A stretch of 64,000 nt of DNA, taken from contig NC_043004.1 of NCBI RefSeq assembly GCF_006345805.1, positions 73,966,001 to 74,030,000 on the forward strand, in the 5' to 3' direction. The DNA comes from Octopus sinensis. Lineage: Eukaryota. Each line of letters opens with the position of its first letter. The first letter of the stretch is position 1. A program made the translations under genes and the position numbers. This document shows positions 1 to 11,853 of the stretch, one piece after another. The notes under the pieces were generated by a model, which saw only the letters and a list, made by a program, of their open reading frames with translations, was not told the origin of the DNA and searched no databases.

Positions 1-168
1 CCCAATTGGTGAAGCCGCGTGGCCTTGTGGTTAAAGCAGTATATTTCAATCATATTTTTAGCTATGGATCCCTTTCATTCCTATTTTACCCATGTCATTC
101 GATATTTTTTTTTTTTAATTCCTATAATATTTTAATCATTAATATTATTAGGAATTGTATATAAAAAG

Positions 169-394
169 ACAATAAGAAAGGTGCGATGCAATTTGTAAAA
201 GATTTATTTATTCAACGGTTTGAACGATATTTCAACCGATCGTCTGCCTTCATTCAGTTCAAAAGATGTTCCTGCAGTTGTTTTCATTTTACATTTTGAA
301 CTTGAAAAAACAAAAACAGACGATCCGTCGAAATATCGTTCAACCGTTGAATAAATAAATCTATTAACAAATCGCATCGCGCTCTTCTTATTGT
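169..394. repeat. Fold-back element: ~78-bp imperfect inverted arms with a ~70-bp loop
   Basis: Left arm 169-246 (ACAATAAGAAAGGTGCGATGC...GATCGTCTG) is the near reverse complement of 317-394 (CAGACGATC...TCTTATTGT). Confidence 0.85.
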
Positions 395-439
395 GTGTTT
401 ACCTTGGTGAAGAGTTACCTCAACTTTTATAAAACATCA

Positions 440-861
440 AAATCAAGTGAATTGCATACTCTCTCTTTTTACTCTTTTTACTTGTTTCAGTCATTTGACT
501 GCGGCCATGCTGGAGCACCGCTTTAGTCGAGCAAATCGACCCCGGGACTTATTCTTTATAAGCCCAGTACTTATTCTATCGGTCTCTTTTGCCGAACCGC
601 TAAGTGACGGGGACGTAAACACACCAGCATCGGTTGTCAAGCAATGCTAGGGAAACAAACACAGACACAAACATATTCACACACACTTATATATATATAC
701 ATATATACGACAGGCTTCTTTCAGTTTCCGTCTACCAAATCCACTCACAAGGCATTGGTCGGCCCGGGGCTATAGCAGAAGACACTTGCCCAAGATGCCA
801 CGCAGTGGGACTGAACCCGGAACCATGTGGTTGGTTAGCAAGCTACTTACCAAACAGCCAC
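440..861 (-). mobile_element. tRNA-derived SINE, family A (full length)
   Basis: Minus strand has a tRNA-like head (TGGCTGTTTGGTAAG...GGTTCAGTCCC), a CTTGGGCAAGTGTCTTC body, a microsatellite, and the tail GCGGTGCTCCAGCATGGCCGCAGTCAAATGACTGAAACAAGTAAAA. Homologous copies recur across the window. Confidence 0.85.
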
Positions 862-911
862 AAAAATAATTATTAAAATATTTTGTGCATTGAAGAGGTA
901 AAACCAATTTA

Positions 912-1326
912 TTATCTTTTATCTTTTTTTATTTACTTGTCTCAGTCATTAGACTGCGGCCATACTGGGGCACTGCCTTGAATTTTTAGACAAATGAATC
1001 GACCTCAGTTCTTAATTTTTTTAAAGCCTGGTACTTAATCTATCAGTCTCATTTGACGAACCGCTAATTTACGGGAACACAAATACACCAACATCGGTTA
1101 TCAAGCAGTATTAGGGGACAAACACAAACATAAACACAATACACATAGATATACATACATACATATAGGGTTTCTTTCAGTCTCTGTCTACCAGATCCAC
1201 TCACAAGGCTTTGGTCGGCCCGAGGTTACAATAGAAAACACTTGCCCAAGGTGTCCCGCAATGGGACTGAAACTGGAACAATATGGTCGGTAAACAAGCT
1301 TCTTACCACACAGCCACGCCTGCGCC
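912..1326 (-). mobile_element. SINE family A copy
   Basis: Same head, body and tail as 440-861, with substitutions. Confidence 0.85.
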
Positions 1327-1672
1327 TTTTGCAGATAAATCTTAACAACAAAATCTTGTGTGGACCCCAGTTGAGAACCAAAGGGTTGGTGTGTTTAGTT
1401 GTCACTCATAATGTCACAGGTTCGATTCTTGATGGAACTGCATGCCGTGTCCTTGAGCAACGCACTTTATTTTCTTCATTTCATATTCCTCATTTCCCTC
1501 AGCTGAAACTGAGTAACAACCAAATGCTAGCGCAGCGCTTTTTCCCTCCAGCTGACCGATTCTAAGTGCACCGGTGGGTGAAGTGCAAGCGGGTCTACAC
1601 AGTTTTTGTCAACTCCGATTACGTAGATTACATAGGAACTGTAAAGAACCTAGGAAAGCATAATACATGAAC

Positions 1673-2066
1673 GAAGGCGCTGGCATAGCTGTGTGGCTAA
1701 GAAGCCCGCTTTGCAGCCGTGTGGTTTTGGGTTCAGTCCCACTGTGCAACACCTTGCGCTAGTGTCTTTTACTCTAGCCCTCGGTTGACCAATGGCTTGT
1801 GAGTGGATCTGGTAGACAGAACCTATGTGGAAGCCAGGTGCATATATGTGTGTGTGTGTGTCTGTCTGTCTGTCTGTGTTTGCGTTTGTGCTCCAGCCAC
1901 CACCTGAGAACCTGTGTTAGTTTGTTTATGTCCCCTACAGTTAGTGGTTCGGTGAATTAGTACCAGATTAAAAAATAGGGTTGAATTCGACTAACTTCTT
2001 CAAGACGGTGCTCCAGCGTGACCGCAGTCCAATGACTGAGACAAGTAATAGATAAAAGATAAGAGT
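1673..2066 (+). mobile_element. SINE family A copy
   Basis: Head GAAGGCGCTGGCATAGCTGTGTGG...GGTTCAGTCCC and tail GGTGCTCCAGCGTGACCGCAGTCCAATGACTGAGACAAG. Confidence 0.8.
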
Positions 2067-2172
2067 ACGAAATTAACACCTGTCGCGAACTGGCGGGTAT
2101 TATTTTCAGATTTGTCCGTACAAGCGTAACCATTCTTCCTTTATTTTAAGTTCCCCTTCCGCCAAATTTTTG

Positions 2173-2400
2173 GAGGCGCGTGGCTTAGTGTTTAGGGTGT
2201 CAACATCATGATCGTAAGATTGTGGTTTCACTTCTGGAGCAAAACACTTCATTTCACGTTGCTCCAGTTCACTCAGCTGGCAAAAATGAGTAACGCTGCG
2301 ATGGACTGGCGTCCCATCCAGCTGGTGAACATATAGGCCATTGAAACCGGGAAGCCGGGTCCATGAGCCTGGCTAGGCTTTAAAAGGACGCATTTATTAT
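2173..2400 (+). mobile_element. tRNA-derived SINE, family B
   Basis: Head GGAGGCGCGTGGCTTAGTG and body ATTTCACGTTGCTCCAGT...GGCAAAAATGAGTA, shared with 23836-24143. It also carries CTGCGATGGACTGGCGTCCCATCCAG, reminiscent (from memory) of V/Meta-type SINE central domains. Confidence 0.7.
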
Positions 2401-2865
2401 TTTATTTCTACTAAATTTAATGCGCACCCGTACGACTAATACGCACGGTATATAGTGGTTTGAGGGATATTGGTTGCTGTTTCCAGTAAATCGAATGTCT
2501 ACATGGATGCTCCTTCGTTGAAGCCAAGATCTAGAAAATATCAATGAAAAATATAATTTCCTTTTGATTAGGATGGAATTAATAAAAGAGAATATTTCAT
2601 CATGAAATAATATTATGTAAGATTTAATATATATCATACTATTGCATATGTTATTTTATAACATTATTTCATTTCATGGAAAGTCATTTTAAATAGAGTT
2701 AAATATATTAAAATATATTATTTCATAATTTCATTTCACCTGAAGTCATTTTAAATAGATTTTAATATAACACAGGTTATTAGACAATACATCATCCCAT
2801 GATATCGTTTCACAGATAGTTTAAAAAGAAATTAATTCATTATATTTCACTCTACTACAAAAGGG

Positions 2866-3030
2866 GGCGACGTTGGACTGGCAGAGTCGTTAACACGTCG
2901 GACAAAATGCCTAGCAGCAGTTCTTCCAAATTTTACGTTCTGGGTTCAAATTTCGCCGATGTCAACTTTGTCATTCATTCCTTCGGGGTGCATACAATAA
3001 AGTGCCAGTGAAGTACTGGGGTTAAATACA
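2866..3030 (+). mobile_element. SINE family C, degenerate copy
   Basis: Aligns by eye with 18704 and 27772 (CTGGCAGA...TTACGTTCTGGGTTCAAATT..GCCGA.GTC.ACTTTG). Confidence 0.65.
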
Positions 3031-3989
3031 AATGAATTGTGCCGCCTCTCTTCAAAAATTCCTGGTCTTCAACTCTTCAAAGGAGCGGCATCCTGTTCAG
3101 GGTGAATGTTACAATTTCGGTTACTTAAATGCCACAGAAACCGAGTAACCAGCCTTATGAGACCTAGGACTTAAATTTACATTAAAATTACATTCTACCT
3201 CTCATATTCAAGTTCTATTTTCTCCACTTTGTTTTGCACCTGTGTGCTCACATGTGCGTGTGCGTGCGTATGTGCACGCGGTGAGCCTCCATATAGTTTC
3301 TACCTAAACAAATTCATTCACAAGACATTAGTCAGCCCAGGAATACAATTGAGAACGTTTGCCAAAAGTGCCAAGCAATGGGTGTAAACTTTAGGGACCC
3401 ACGAGGTTGCAAAGCGAGCCTTTTAACCACACAACCATAGCTAGCCAACACGGGTGATATATTTTTGGACCGTTAAAAATTCCACTTTTTGAAATTCAAA
3501 ATTGAAACTAAAATATTCTTATGAATTAATCTAAATCGGTCGTTTTAAATAGGGATCATTTAAACATTATATATAAAGAAAGGGGGATTGACCGGAATAG
3601 GAAAACGTATTTACTTGAATCAACAAGAATAAATTTGTAAGGAAAAGGAAGTGGGCTTTTGTTCTTTTCTTTTAGAGCTGTTATAAACAGGAGTGTTATC
3701 GAAGGATTGTCTTTTAGGAAAGTTCAGAAACCCCGGAATCACAAAGCTTCCTTTATTTAGATAGGAAGAGAAAGGAATTAAATAGGTCAGAGTCGAAGTG
3801 TTCACAAACAAAGGAATAAATTGGAACTAAAAATTATATTTGTACCTCCATAACTTTTCATCGCTTTCTTTTATTTCTAAGATTCAGACTTAAAGACGTT
3901 ACACTTAAAATTTTGTGTAAGATTATATAGTGTGCCTAATAAACTGTTGACACAATAGCATTATGATCGAAGGTATTGCAAAAGTGGTC

Positions 3990-4345
3990 ATGTATGATAC
4001 CCCTTATACAGATACTGCTGAAAGTGACATTGGGTTACACCTTGAAAAGTGGAGAAAAATTTAATCGCCTGTTATATATGAAAGACTTAAAAATCTTCGG
4101 GAAGAACGAGCATGAAATAAATGGTCTGGATTCAACAATATTGATATCAGTAAGGATATCAGAAAGGATATCAATAAGGATATCAGTAAGGATATCGGTA
4201 AGGATATCGTGATGAAATTTGGGATTAGAATATGTGGTACGCTTATCATAAAAAAAGGCAGAGTGGTGTCATCTGATGGCATAGAACTATCAAACGGGCA
4301 GAAAATCAAGGATGTGAGATTCATGGATATAAGTATCTGGGTAGC
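3990..4345 (+). pseudogene. Non-LTR retrotransposon RT fragment, R4/Dong-like
   Basis: Translates as IPLIQILLKVTLGYTLKSGEKFNRLLYMKDLKIFGKNEHEINGL, then after a frameshift SKDI..MKFGIRICGTLIIKKG..DGIELSNGQKIKDV..GYKYLG. This matches the HLLYMDDLKL...FSxDIxMxFG...YKYLG pattern. The clade call is from motif memory. Confidence 0.65.
4143..4208 (+). repeat. 12-bp tandem repeat (GATATCAGTAAG) x5.5 inside the RT fragment
   Basis: GATATC occurs at 4143, 4155, 4167, 4179, 4191 and 4203. Confidence 0.9.
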
Positions 4346-5384
4346 CGTTTTCGTGTGTCCCTGGCGTCCATGCATCTTTATATGATACACATTCCCAGTT
4401 TTTTCAACCAGTAGAGTAACTTGGGATTTATCAAGTGAAAGCTTTATATTAATCAGCTTGTATGAAACAAGGGCTAACTAAAAGTCTGAAAAGAAATATG
4501 GCCGTTTAGGACAAACTTATAAAAATGATTTGGACATGCAAAGGGTTAAAATAACATGGTTGTAGAGCTTGTTACGAAAATGGTATATCAATAGTTCAAA
4601 ATTTTCAAACAGTCGCAGAGTAAAAGCAAGGGATATCGTTGATGATATAAGAAATTCTCTAACAACCGGTCCGCCCTGAACCAACAAACCTTGCTATGTA
4701 CAAAGTGCATCCAGTCGTAGCCGCCCCATATTTTATTTTCAAGACTGTACAACTAGGATTACATCCTTATTTTTTAACCGTATTTCTGTCATGATTTGGA
4801 AGAAAATTGCCCACTATTTTTAGCAAGTCAAGCAACCATGAAACGACTCCTCTGTTTACACGGGCATGAGAAATTGTTTAAATATGAGGTTCATCTAATT
4901 CTGGCACATGAAATGCATTTACTTGTACCAGTCGACACTAATTTTTCTTTGGGAAAGTTGTGTTCCACTAGATTTATTCTTTTGTTGTTCTTTCTGCCCT
5001 TGCTGCTGCTGTTGTTGTTGTTGTTCTTTGTGATCAGTGACACGTAACCTTTTTTTTCCAGAACGAAGTTCACAAAATTCACAAAACCTTCATGAACATA
5101 GAAATCTCCCTCAAATCAAATCCTAAGCTTTTCTTTTTAATAAGACAAAGTGACTAGCACGTTGGCTAAAGTAAATGTAGATAAACAAAGATATGGGATG
5201 GTTACGGTTGGAACATCTTTGATCAGAAGTTAGCATACGGTTAAACAACACACGAAACAAAATTTCCCCCTCGACCGAGAAGAAAATAGTGTAATGGAAT
5301 ATAAATGTGGTGTGTGAAGAGAAAATGTGAGGAAAATGTGCGAGGTAAGCGTGAGATAGAGAGAAGAGTGTCACCAATTTTGTT

Positions 5385-5525
5385 TAAGTATGGTTGAGTG
5401 GTTGAGAAGCTCACTTTGCTTTCAAGTTCAGTCCCACAGCGCGGCATTTCAGGAAAGTATCTTCTACCATAGTCCAAGACTTACCAATGCTTTGTGAGTG
5501 AATTTGGCAGACGGAAACTATATTA
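5385..5525 (+). mobile_element. SINE family A, 5' half
   Basis: AAGTTCAGTCCCAC...TTGTGAGTGAATTTGGCAGACGGAAAC matches the family A head and body. Confidence 0.65.
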
Positions 5526-5534
5526 GACAGAAGC

Positions 5535-5822
5535 CCGAGAGTTATGCCAGACCCCGAACAGGACGTCACTGCACCGTTCCAAAAGTCCAACCCATTCCGG
5601 CTAGAGGGAGGACCAGATCCTGCTGTAGCTTGGGACTCAAAGGCCCCACAGCTACTTGATAGCCTGCCAAAAAACCTGTGATATCTAGATGGAATGAGGG
5701 AAGATGTTTTCAAGAAGCGAATTGACCATCTGCTGTCCAGGATCCCACTTGAACTTGCATCACAGCAAGTAACTCAAAATGGTAAAAAATCTGACACCCT
5801 TCTTCACCAAAAGCCAATCACG
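5535..5822 (+). mobile_element. Diverged 3' fragment of a CR1-like LINE ORF2
   Basis: Translates (with frameshift and stop) as ESYARPRTGRHCTVPKV..RTRSCCSLGLKGP.LLDSLPKNL..DVFKKRIDHLLSRIP, homologous to the C-terminus of ORF 12676-13905 (ESCTNARTGRHCIVP..SLGFRGPQLFNILPENL..DVFKLKLD). Confidence 0.75.
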
Positions 5823-5886
5823 AGAGGAAAACCATTGAAAATGTGATGATACAGGCGATATATAACCTATGTCTATATGATGATAC

Positions 5887-6295
5887 TACTCTTTTACTCT
5901 TTTACTTGTTTCAGTCATTTGACTGTGGCCATGCTGGAGCACCGCCTTTAGTCGAGCAAGTCGACCCCAGAACTTATTCTTAGTAAGCCTAGTACTTATT
6001 CTATCAGTCTTTTTTACCGAACGCTACAATACGTAAACACACCAGCATCGGTTGTCAAGCGATGTTGGGGAGACAAACACAGACACACAAACATATACAC
6101 ACACACACATATGTATACATATGCATATATACGACGGGCTTCTTTCAGTTTCCGTCTACCAAATCTACTCACAAGGCTTTAGTTGGCCCGAGGCTATATT
6201 AGAAGACACTTGCCCAAGGTGCCACGCAGTGGGACTGAACCCGGAACCATGTGGTTGGTAAGCAACCTGCTTATCATACAGCCACTCCTACGCCT
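5887..6295 (-). mobile_element. SINE family A (full length)
   Basis: Close match to 440-861, including the (GAGTAAAA)n tail. Confidence 0.85.
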
Positions 6296-6435
6296 ACTAG
6301 GTGATGATACTATATTATCATCTCACAACTATATTATAAGAACCTAAAGTTATATTAGATTGCAAGTGATGGGGTATTGTATATGTATATATATATATGT
6401 GTGTGTGTGTGCGCGCATACACACACACACACACA

Positions 6436-6590
6436 CACAAGTACAGGACTTTAAAATAGGCACTTCGGTCGATTTGTTCGACTTAAGTTTAGTCGGACAG
6501 ATCGACCGAAGTGCTTATTACTCTTCAAAGTTGTGCCCCAGCATGGTCACCGTTCAATGACAGAAAAAAGTAAAAGATAAAAAGTAAAAC
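6436..6590 (+). mobile_element. SINE family A, 3' part
   Basis: GGTCGATTTGTTCGACT...GTGCCCCAGCATGGTCAC...AAGTAAAAGATAAAAAG. Confidence 0.6.
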
Positions 6591-7256
6591 GACTGAAACA
6601 CGCTTTAGACTCGTTTCACTGAACCTACAAATAAGTATTTAAACGGGTGTCGGGTGGAACGGGGTTTCGGAATGAATGCGTGGGTGGTAAGAAGCGAACG
6701 GAATAGAAGTTTGTTTTTTTGTGTCTCGGGTGAGCGCGTGCCAGACTCGTGCTTGGTCACTGGCAGATGGGGACACCTGAAGAGCAATAACAATACCAAA
6801 GCCAACACCATAAGCATCACGACCACCAACAAGACCCCTAACGCCCTAACCCCTTTTCTTCACCTCCCATCTACTCACGCCGGGATTAAGCCGCAAGCTT
6901 CGCTGGGCCAATTACCTCTCTTTCTTTTCTTCACCCTTTTCTTTCGTCGTTTCCTCTCCCAGCCTTAATATTTTTCCCGCCCATTCTGTTTCATCAAATA
7001 GTTCTTTGATTAATCTTCTTTCTGGTCAGTTGTACTTTGTGTGAAGTGCGCAGGAGTGGTCAGTAATTTCTTTTGCATTGGTCATTGGGTCACTGGATTT
7101 CCTTTTTTCTTCTTTTCTCTTTTTCTTCTTTTCTCGCTGGCAGATGTTTATTAACACCTCCTTTGTCTTGTCACTTCCACCCCTCCTTTCTTTTTTTCTG
7201 AATTCTGGGCTTTGTTAGTGGAGATTGAAGAAACCGTTGGCAAATATAGAGGAGGT

Positions 7257-7289
<33 letters not shown>

Positions 7290-7639
7290 GCAGACAGACA
7301 GACAGACAGACAGAAAGTGACAACGGAAGGAAGGAAAGGTGTCTGTTATGTGGACAACTAGGATCAGACGTATTTGTAATTATCAACGCCAGATTAAATG
7401 TTACAAACGTAGCACTTACACGTATGTCCAGCCATTCTAAGCAAATTGTTCAAACGTATAATGTCATGGTAAGATTGGACATGGAAGCATATAAATAAAC
7501 CAAACGAAAAATGAACTAAAACCACCAAATTACACCTCAGACTGAACCTGGAACCATTTTGCTGGGAAGCATGTTTCTTACCACACAACCACGCTTGCGC
7601 CTATATGTTGGTTTCAAATTTTAGCACAGAAAGTTCGAG

Positions 7640-7812
7640 GGAAGGGTAAATCAAACACAGCGGTCCCAGTTCTCGACTGGTACTTATTTTATCGGCCCTG
7701 AGAGGATAAAAGGCAAAATGGAACTCGTCAGAATGTGAACTTACGGCGTTAAGACAGACGAAATACCACTAAGCATTTTACCCTGCGTGGTAACGATTCT
7801 GCCAGCTCGCCG
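7640..7812 (-). mobile_element. SINE family C copy
   Basis: Reverse complement begins GGCGAGCTGGCAGAATCGTT...GTATTTCGTCTGTC, as at 18704. Confidence 0.7.
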
Positions 7813-8149
7813 TCCTATCGGTTCTGTATACGGGATGCGGTTACACACTGCTGGTCACAATGCACTTGCGTGCTTTGTTTGGCTTTTGAATGATGCCAGC
7901 CCGCTGGCTGGCCTATAGAGCGACATTCCCTCTAAACAGAACACCAGTCCGTCGCAACGTTGTCCGTTTACACCTGAGTGGCCTGGAACAACATGAAATG
8001 GAATGTTTTGCTGAAGAAGATAATGTACAGCGCGTGTGACACCATAGCTATTAGGTCAAGCGCCTTCAAACACATACATATATACGCACCTTCACACACA
8101 TATAGTAGTAGGTATATATATATATATATATGTGTGTGTGGTGTTGCGT

Positions 8150-8295
8150 GTGTGTGCGTGTGGTAAGAAGCTTGCTTCCCAACAACATGGTTCTGGGTTC
8201 AGTCCCACTGTGTGGCACTTTTGGCAGGTGTTTTCTACTATAGTCAAAAGTCTTGTGAGTGGTCTTGGTAGACGGAAACTGAATGAAACCCGTCG

Positions 8296-8351
<56 letters not shown>

Positions 8352-8525
8352 TGTGTTTGTCCCTCACCATCGCTTGGTAACCGATGTCTGTGTGTTTATG
8401 TCCCCATAACCCTAGTCACGATAGAATAAGTACTAGGCTTACAAAGAATAAGTCCTGGGGTCGATCTCTTCGACTAAAGGTTGTGCTCCAACATGGCTGC
8501 AGTTAAATGACTGAAAAAATAAAAC
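8150..8525 (+). mobile_element. SINE family A copy
   Basis: Head GTGGTAAGAAGCTTGCTTCCC...GGGTTCAGTCCCAC through tail GTGCTCCAACATGGCTGCAGTTAAATGACTGAAA. Confidence 0.8.
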
Positions 8526-8716
8526 AATATATATATATATATAATGTATGCGACGTGTTTCTCTCAATTTTCGTCTACCAAATTCATTGACAAATCTTTG
8601 TCGGCTTGAGAATATAGTAAAAAATACTCAGAAGATACTTGTCCAAGGTATCAAGCAGTGGGTCTGAACCAGGAACTATGTAGTTGGGAACCAAGTTTCC
8701 TACCACAGAGACATGC

Positions 8717-8817
<101 letters not shown>

Positions 8818-8855
8818 GAACAAACTTACTTAGTAATGGATGCGTGCATTGACCT

Positions 8856-9047
8856 TCGAAACGCGCCGAGTAGATGAAACAGAGGCGACTGAAGAAGGGG
8901 AATTTTCCTTGTTTTGTATGTCCTGTACTCTATTTTTTCGTTAAGAAAAATGTCTTGGTTTTGTGTTTATGTTTTCGTTTCTCATTGTGTTCGACATTTT
9001 TTGGGTGTCCTGAACCCATATATGCATGTATATATACATGTAGATGT

Positions 9048-9093
<46 letters not shown>

Positions 9094-9260
9094 TTATATT
9101 TCGATCTCGAAATACGAGAGTAGAAAAACAGCCAACAAACTGATGAAGAGTCGTTCTTTTGTTGTTTGTCATGTTTTCCATTTGTGCTTTTCGTTGTTTG
9201 AAAAATAGTTCATATTCCATGTATTCGTACTTCGTATTTTTTGTTGTACTCGTTTCGTGA
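8856..9260. repeat. Unclassified interspersed repeat; second copy at ~38200-38460
   Basis: CTGAAGAAGGGGAAT.TTCCTTG...TGTACTCT...TTATGTTTTCGTTT...GTGTCCTG.ACCCATATATGCATGTA is present in both places. Confidence 0.6.
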
Positions 9261-9277
9261 CGTCCTGTGCCCACATA

Positions 9278-9314
<37 letters not shown>

Positions 9315-9885
9315 GTATAGATGCAAGTATGTATATATGCATATGTATAAGCTTATACACACATACGTGTGCGTATGTGTGTATACGAAAGAAAGAGCGA
9401 GAGAGAGAGAGAGCGAGGGAGAGAGAGACTCTGGTATTTAAAATATTGGATTTAGTGGAAGTCAGCTTGGCGAACATTCTTCTCCCTCGTGTATTACTAT
9501 TAATTCCCACGCTAAGAAAACAGTTGTCACTTCACTTTTAAATAGTTGCTGTCTTTAAGCAGGGAGAGGTCCCTGTGCTTAGACATTTAGCTACCATTAG
9601 GACGTCTACAAAACAAATATAATGCTATAACTATGGAAAGAAACGAAACACCAAAATTCGGCTGTTGATCGGACGCTCCTCCTTTCAACTCTGTCTCATA
9701 CGAAATCATATGTATGTAGATCTTCGGCGCAAGAGTGGTTGTGTGGTCGGGAAGCTCACTTTGTAAACGCGTGGTTCGGGGTTCAGTGCCACTGTGTGGC
9801 ACTTTAGGCCAGTGTCTTTTAGAATAGTTTCTAACCAACCAATGCCTTGTGAATCAATTTGCTAAATGGAAACTGTGTGTAAATA

Positions 9886-9963
<78 letters not shown>

Positions 9964-10076
9964 GGAGAATTCACAAAAAAACCAAAAGACGAAGACAGGT
10001 GGTGTAGATTACAAACAGATGTGGCGTAATACAAACAAACAAATGTATTAGTATAACGCTCGGGAAGTGAAAAAGC

Positions 10077-10112
10077 CTTTAACGTTTCGAGCCTACGCTC
10101 TTCCACAGAAAG
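10077..10112 (-). ncRNA. Minimal type I hammerhead-like motif (A6>U variant)
   Basis: Minus strand: CUUU CUGUGGA A GAGC-guag-GCUC GAA ACGU U AAAG. Stem I CUUU/AAAG, palindromic stem III ACGU. Confidence 0.55.
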
Positions 10113-10898
10113 AAACAAGGAGAGAAAATAAAGAATGTTTAGTGGCTAAACCTATACATATGTACACATCTGTGTATGTGTGAGTGTATGTTTGCTTGTC
10201 TCCACCGTTTGACAGAGGGAGTCAGTTTGTTTACGCCCACGTAACTTAGCAGTCCAATGAAAATGACGGATAGAATAAGTACCACATTTTTTTTAAATAT
10301 CTAATTAGGTCGATTTGTTCGACTAAAACCTTTGAAAGAGGCGCCCTAATATGGGCGCACTCCAATTAGTGAAACAAGTATAAGATAAATATACATAAGC
10401 ACATAGGCGCGCGCATGCTCATTCCTATGTGTGTGCACGAATGTGTGTTGATTCTCGTTTCTGTATTTATTCTGTGAAATCTGAAAGAATCGACCAATAT
10501 ATAAACAACAAAAATGTCTGAAGTAGTTTTTGTCAATATTCAAATAGCTTTTTCCACCTCAATACGAGCAATGCTACACCCCCACATATACAGCTGTAGA
10601 TAATGAAAACTAGATAATAAATATTCATAAAATTTAGGTAATAAACTTAAATTAAGTAATTAACTTCAATTTAAAACATATCTATCATTGCCTTACTACA
10701 TAAAACCAATGGAAATATTTTCTTTTTTCTTTTTTTTGTTCATTGGAATTGCAAATTTGCGCGAAGAAACTCGACACAAGAACACATGGGAAAAAACGGA
10801 ATATATTCTTATGATAATAATGAACTGGTTAAAAATAAGTCTATATATCTGTAGAGGTACAGGTGTCAATCCATTACGGCTGTTTTTAACGACCCCTT

Positions 10899-10955
10899 TA
10901 ATTGATTAATTACATCATAATTGATTAATTACATCATAATTGGTTAATTACATCA
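10899..10955. repeat. 19-bp tandem triplication (TAATTGATTAATTACATCA)
   Basis: Three units start at 10899, 10918 and 10937, with one substitution in the third. Confidence 0.9.
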
Positions 10956-10962
10956 TTGTACA

Positions 10963-11171
10963 GAAACCGTTTTCGTCAGATGAATTCATGAACTTCAAAA
11001 TAAAGCACATTCTGAATGATTTAACATGGTTTAAAATCCATGGAGCAGAAACATTTACAGTGATTCTGCTACTATTTCAGTTGACAGAATTCTGCCAACT
11101 AAAATATGTTCAATCATACGGAATGTTCTTCATTTTGAAGTTCATGAATTCATCTGAGAAAAACGTGTTTC
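10963..11171. mobile_element. MITE-like element with ~66-bp inverted termini
   Basis: GAAACCGTTTTCGTCAGATGAATTCATGAACTTCAAAAT... pairs with ...ATTTTGAAGTTCATGAATTCATCTGAGAAAAACGTGTTTC. No target-site duplication was identified. Confidence 0.6.
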
Positions 11172-11397
11172 TCTTCAGGGATGTAATGTTTTTTCATTCA
11201 TCAATTAAAGGAGTCGTTAGAAACGACCATAATGGATTCACTCCTATAGCTCTACTGTTACTCATTTTTATTCACCCGTCTCGGAATCTGCTCTTCGCAA
11301 ATATTATGGCCCGTAAATGTAGTATAATGTAATGCCAGGTGTGTGTGTGGCTATCCTCTCCTAAAAAAATGAGGAATAGACCTGAGTATATATATAT

Positions 11398-11853
11398 AAA
11401 TAAACAACAAGGATATCCAGAGGTAATGCAGTACGATCGTTTCATGCAACTCCATTTAATTGGACAATTCAATCATTACATCAATTTAAAATGCAGAGCA
11501 ATCTTCAGCTGCATAAAGACATAGAATCTAATTAAATTAGAACAGATGGACACATTAGTATAATTATACCTAAAGTGTCCAAGAAGGTAAGAAGATAGAC
11601 AAAGAACATGCTGTTTTTAGTAACTTCTATGCTGGAGTAAGAACAGCATATTCTTTCTCCTTAACTTCTTGGACACTTTAGGTATAATTATACTAATGTG
11701 TCCATCTGTTCTAATTTAATTAAATTCTATGTCTTAGTGCAGCTGAAGATTGCTCTGCATTTTAAATTGATGTAATGATTGAATTGTTCAATTTAATGGA
11801 GTTGCATGAAACGATCGCATTGCATTACCTCTGGATATCCTTGCTGCTTATTT
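11398..11853. repeat. Fold-back element: ~215-220-bp inverted arms, 20-bp loop
   Basis: 11398-11618 is the near reverse complement of 11639-11853. Confidence 0.9.
11427..11513 (-). ncRNA. Type I hammerhead ribozyme motif with extended stem II
   Basis: Minus strand: UGCAG CUGAAGA [stem II] GAA ACGAUCGU A CUGCA. Perfect 5-bp stem I, palindromic stem III, GUA triplet. Confidence 0.7.

Noticed and set aside
8856-8912. Permuted hammerhead (GAAACGCG ... CUGAAGA AGGGG); also at 38225-38255
   Set aside because: No consistent stem I or II can be drawn, and there is no GAAA after the hairpin.
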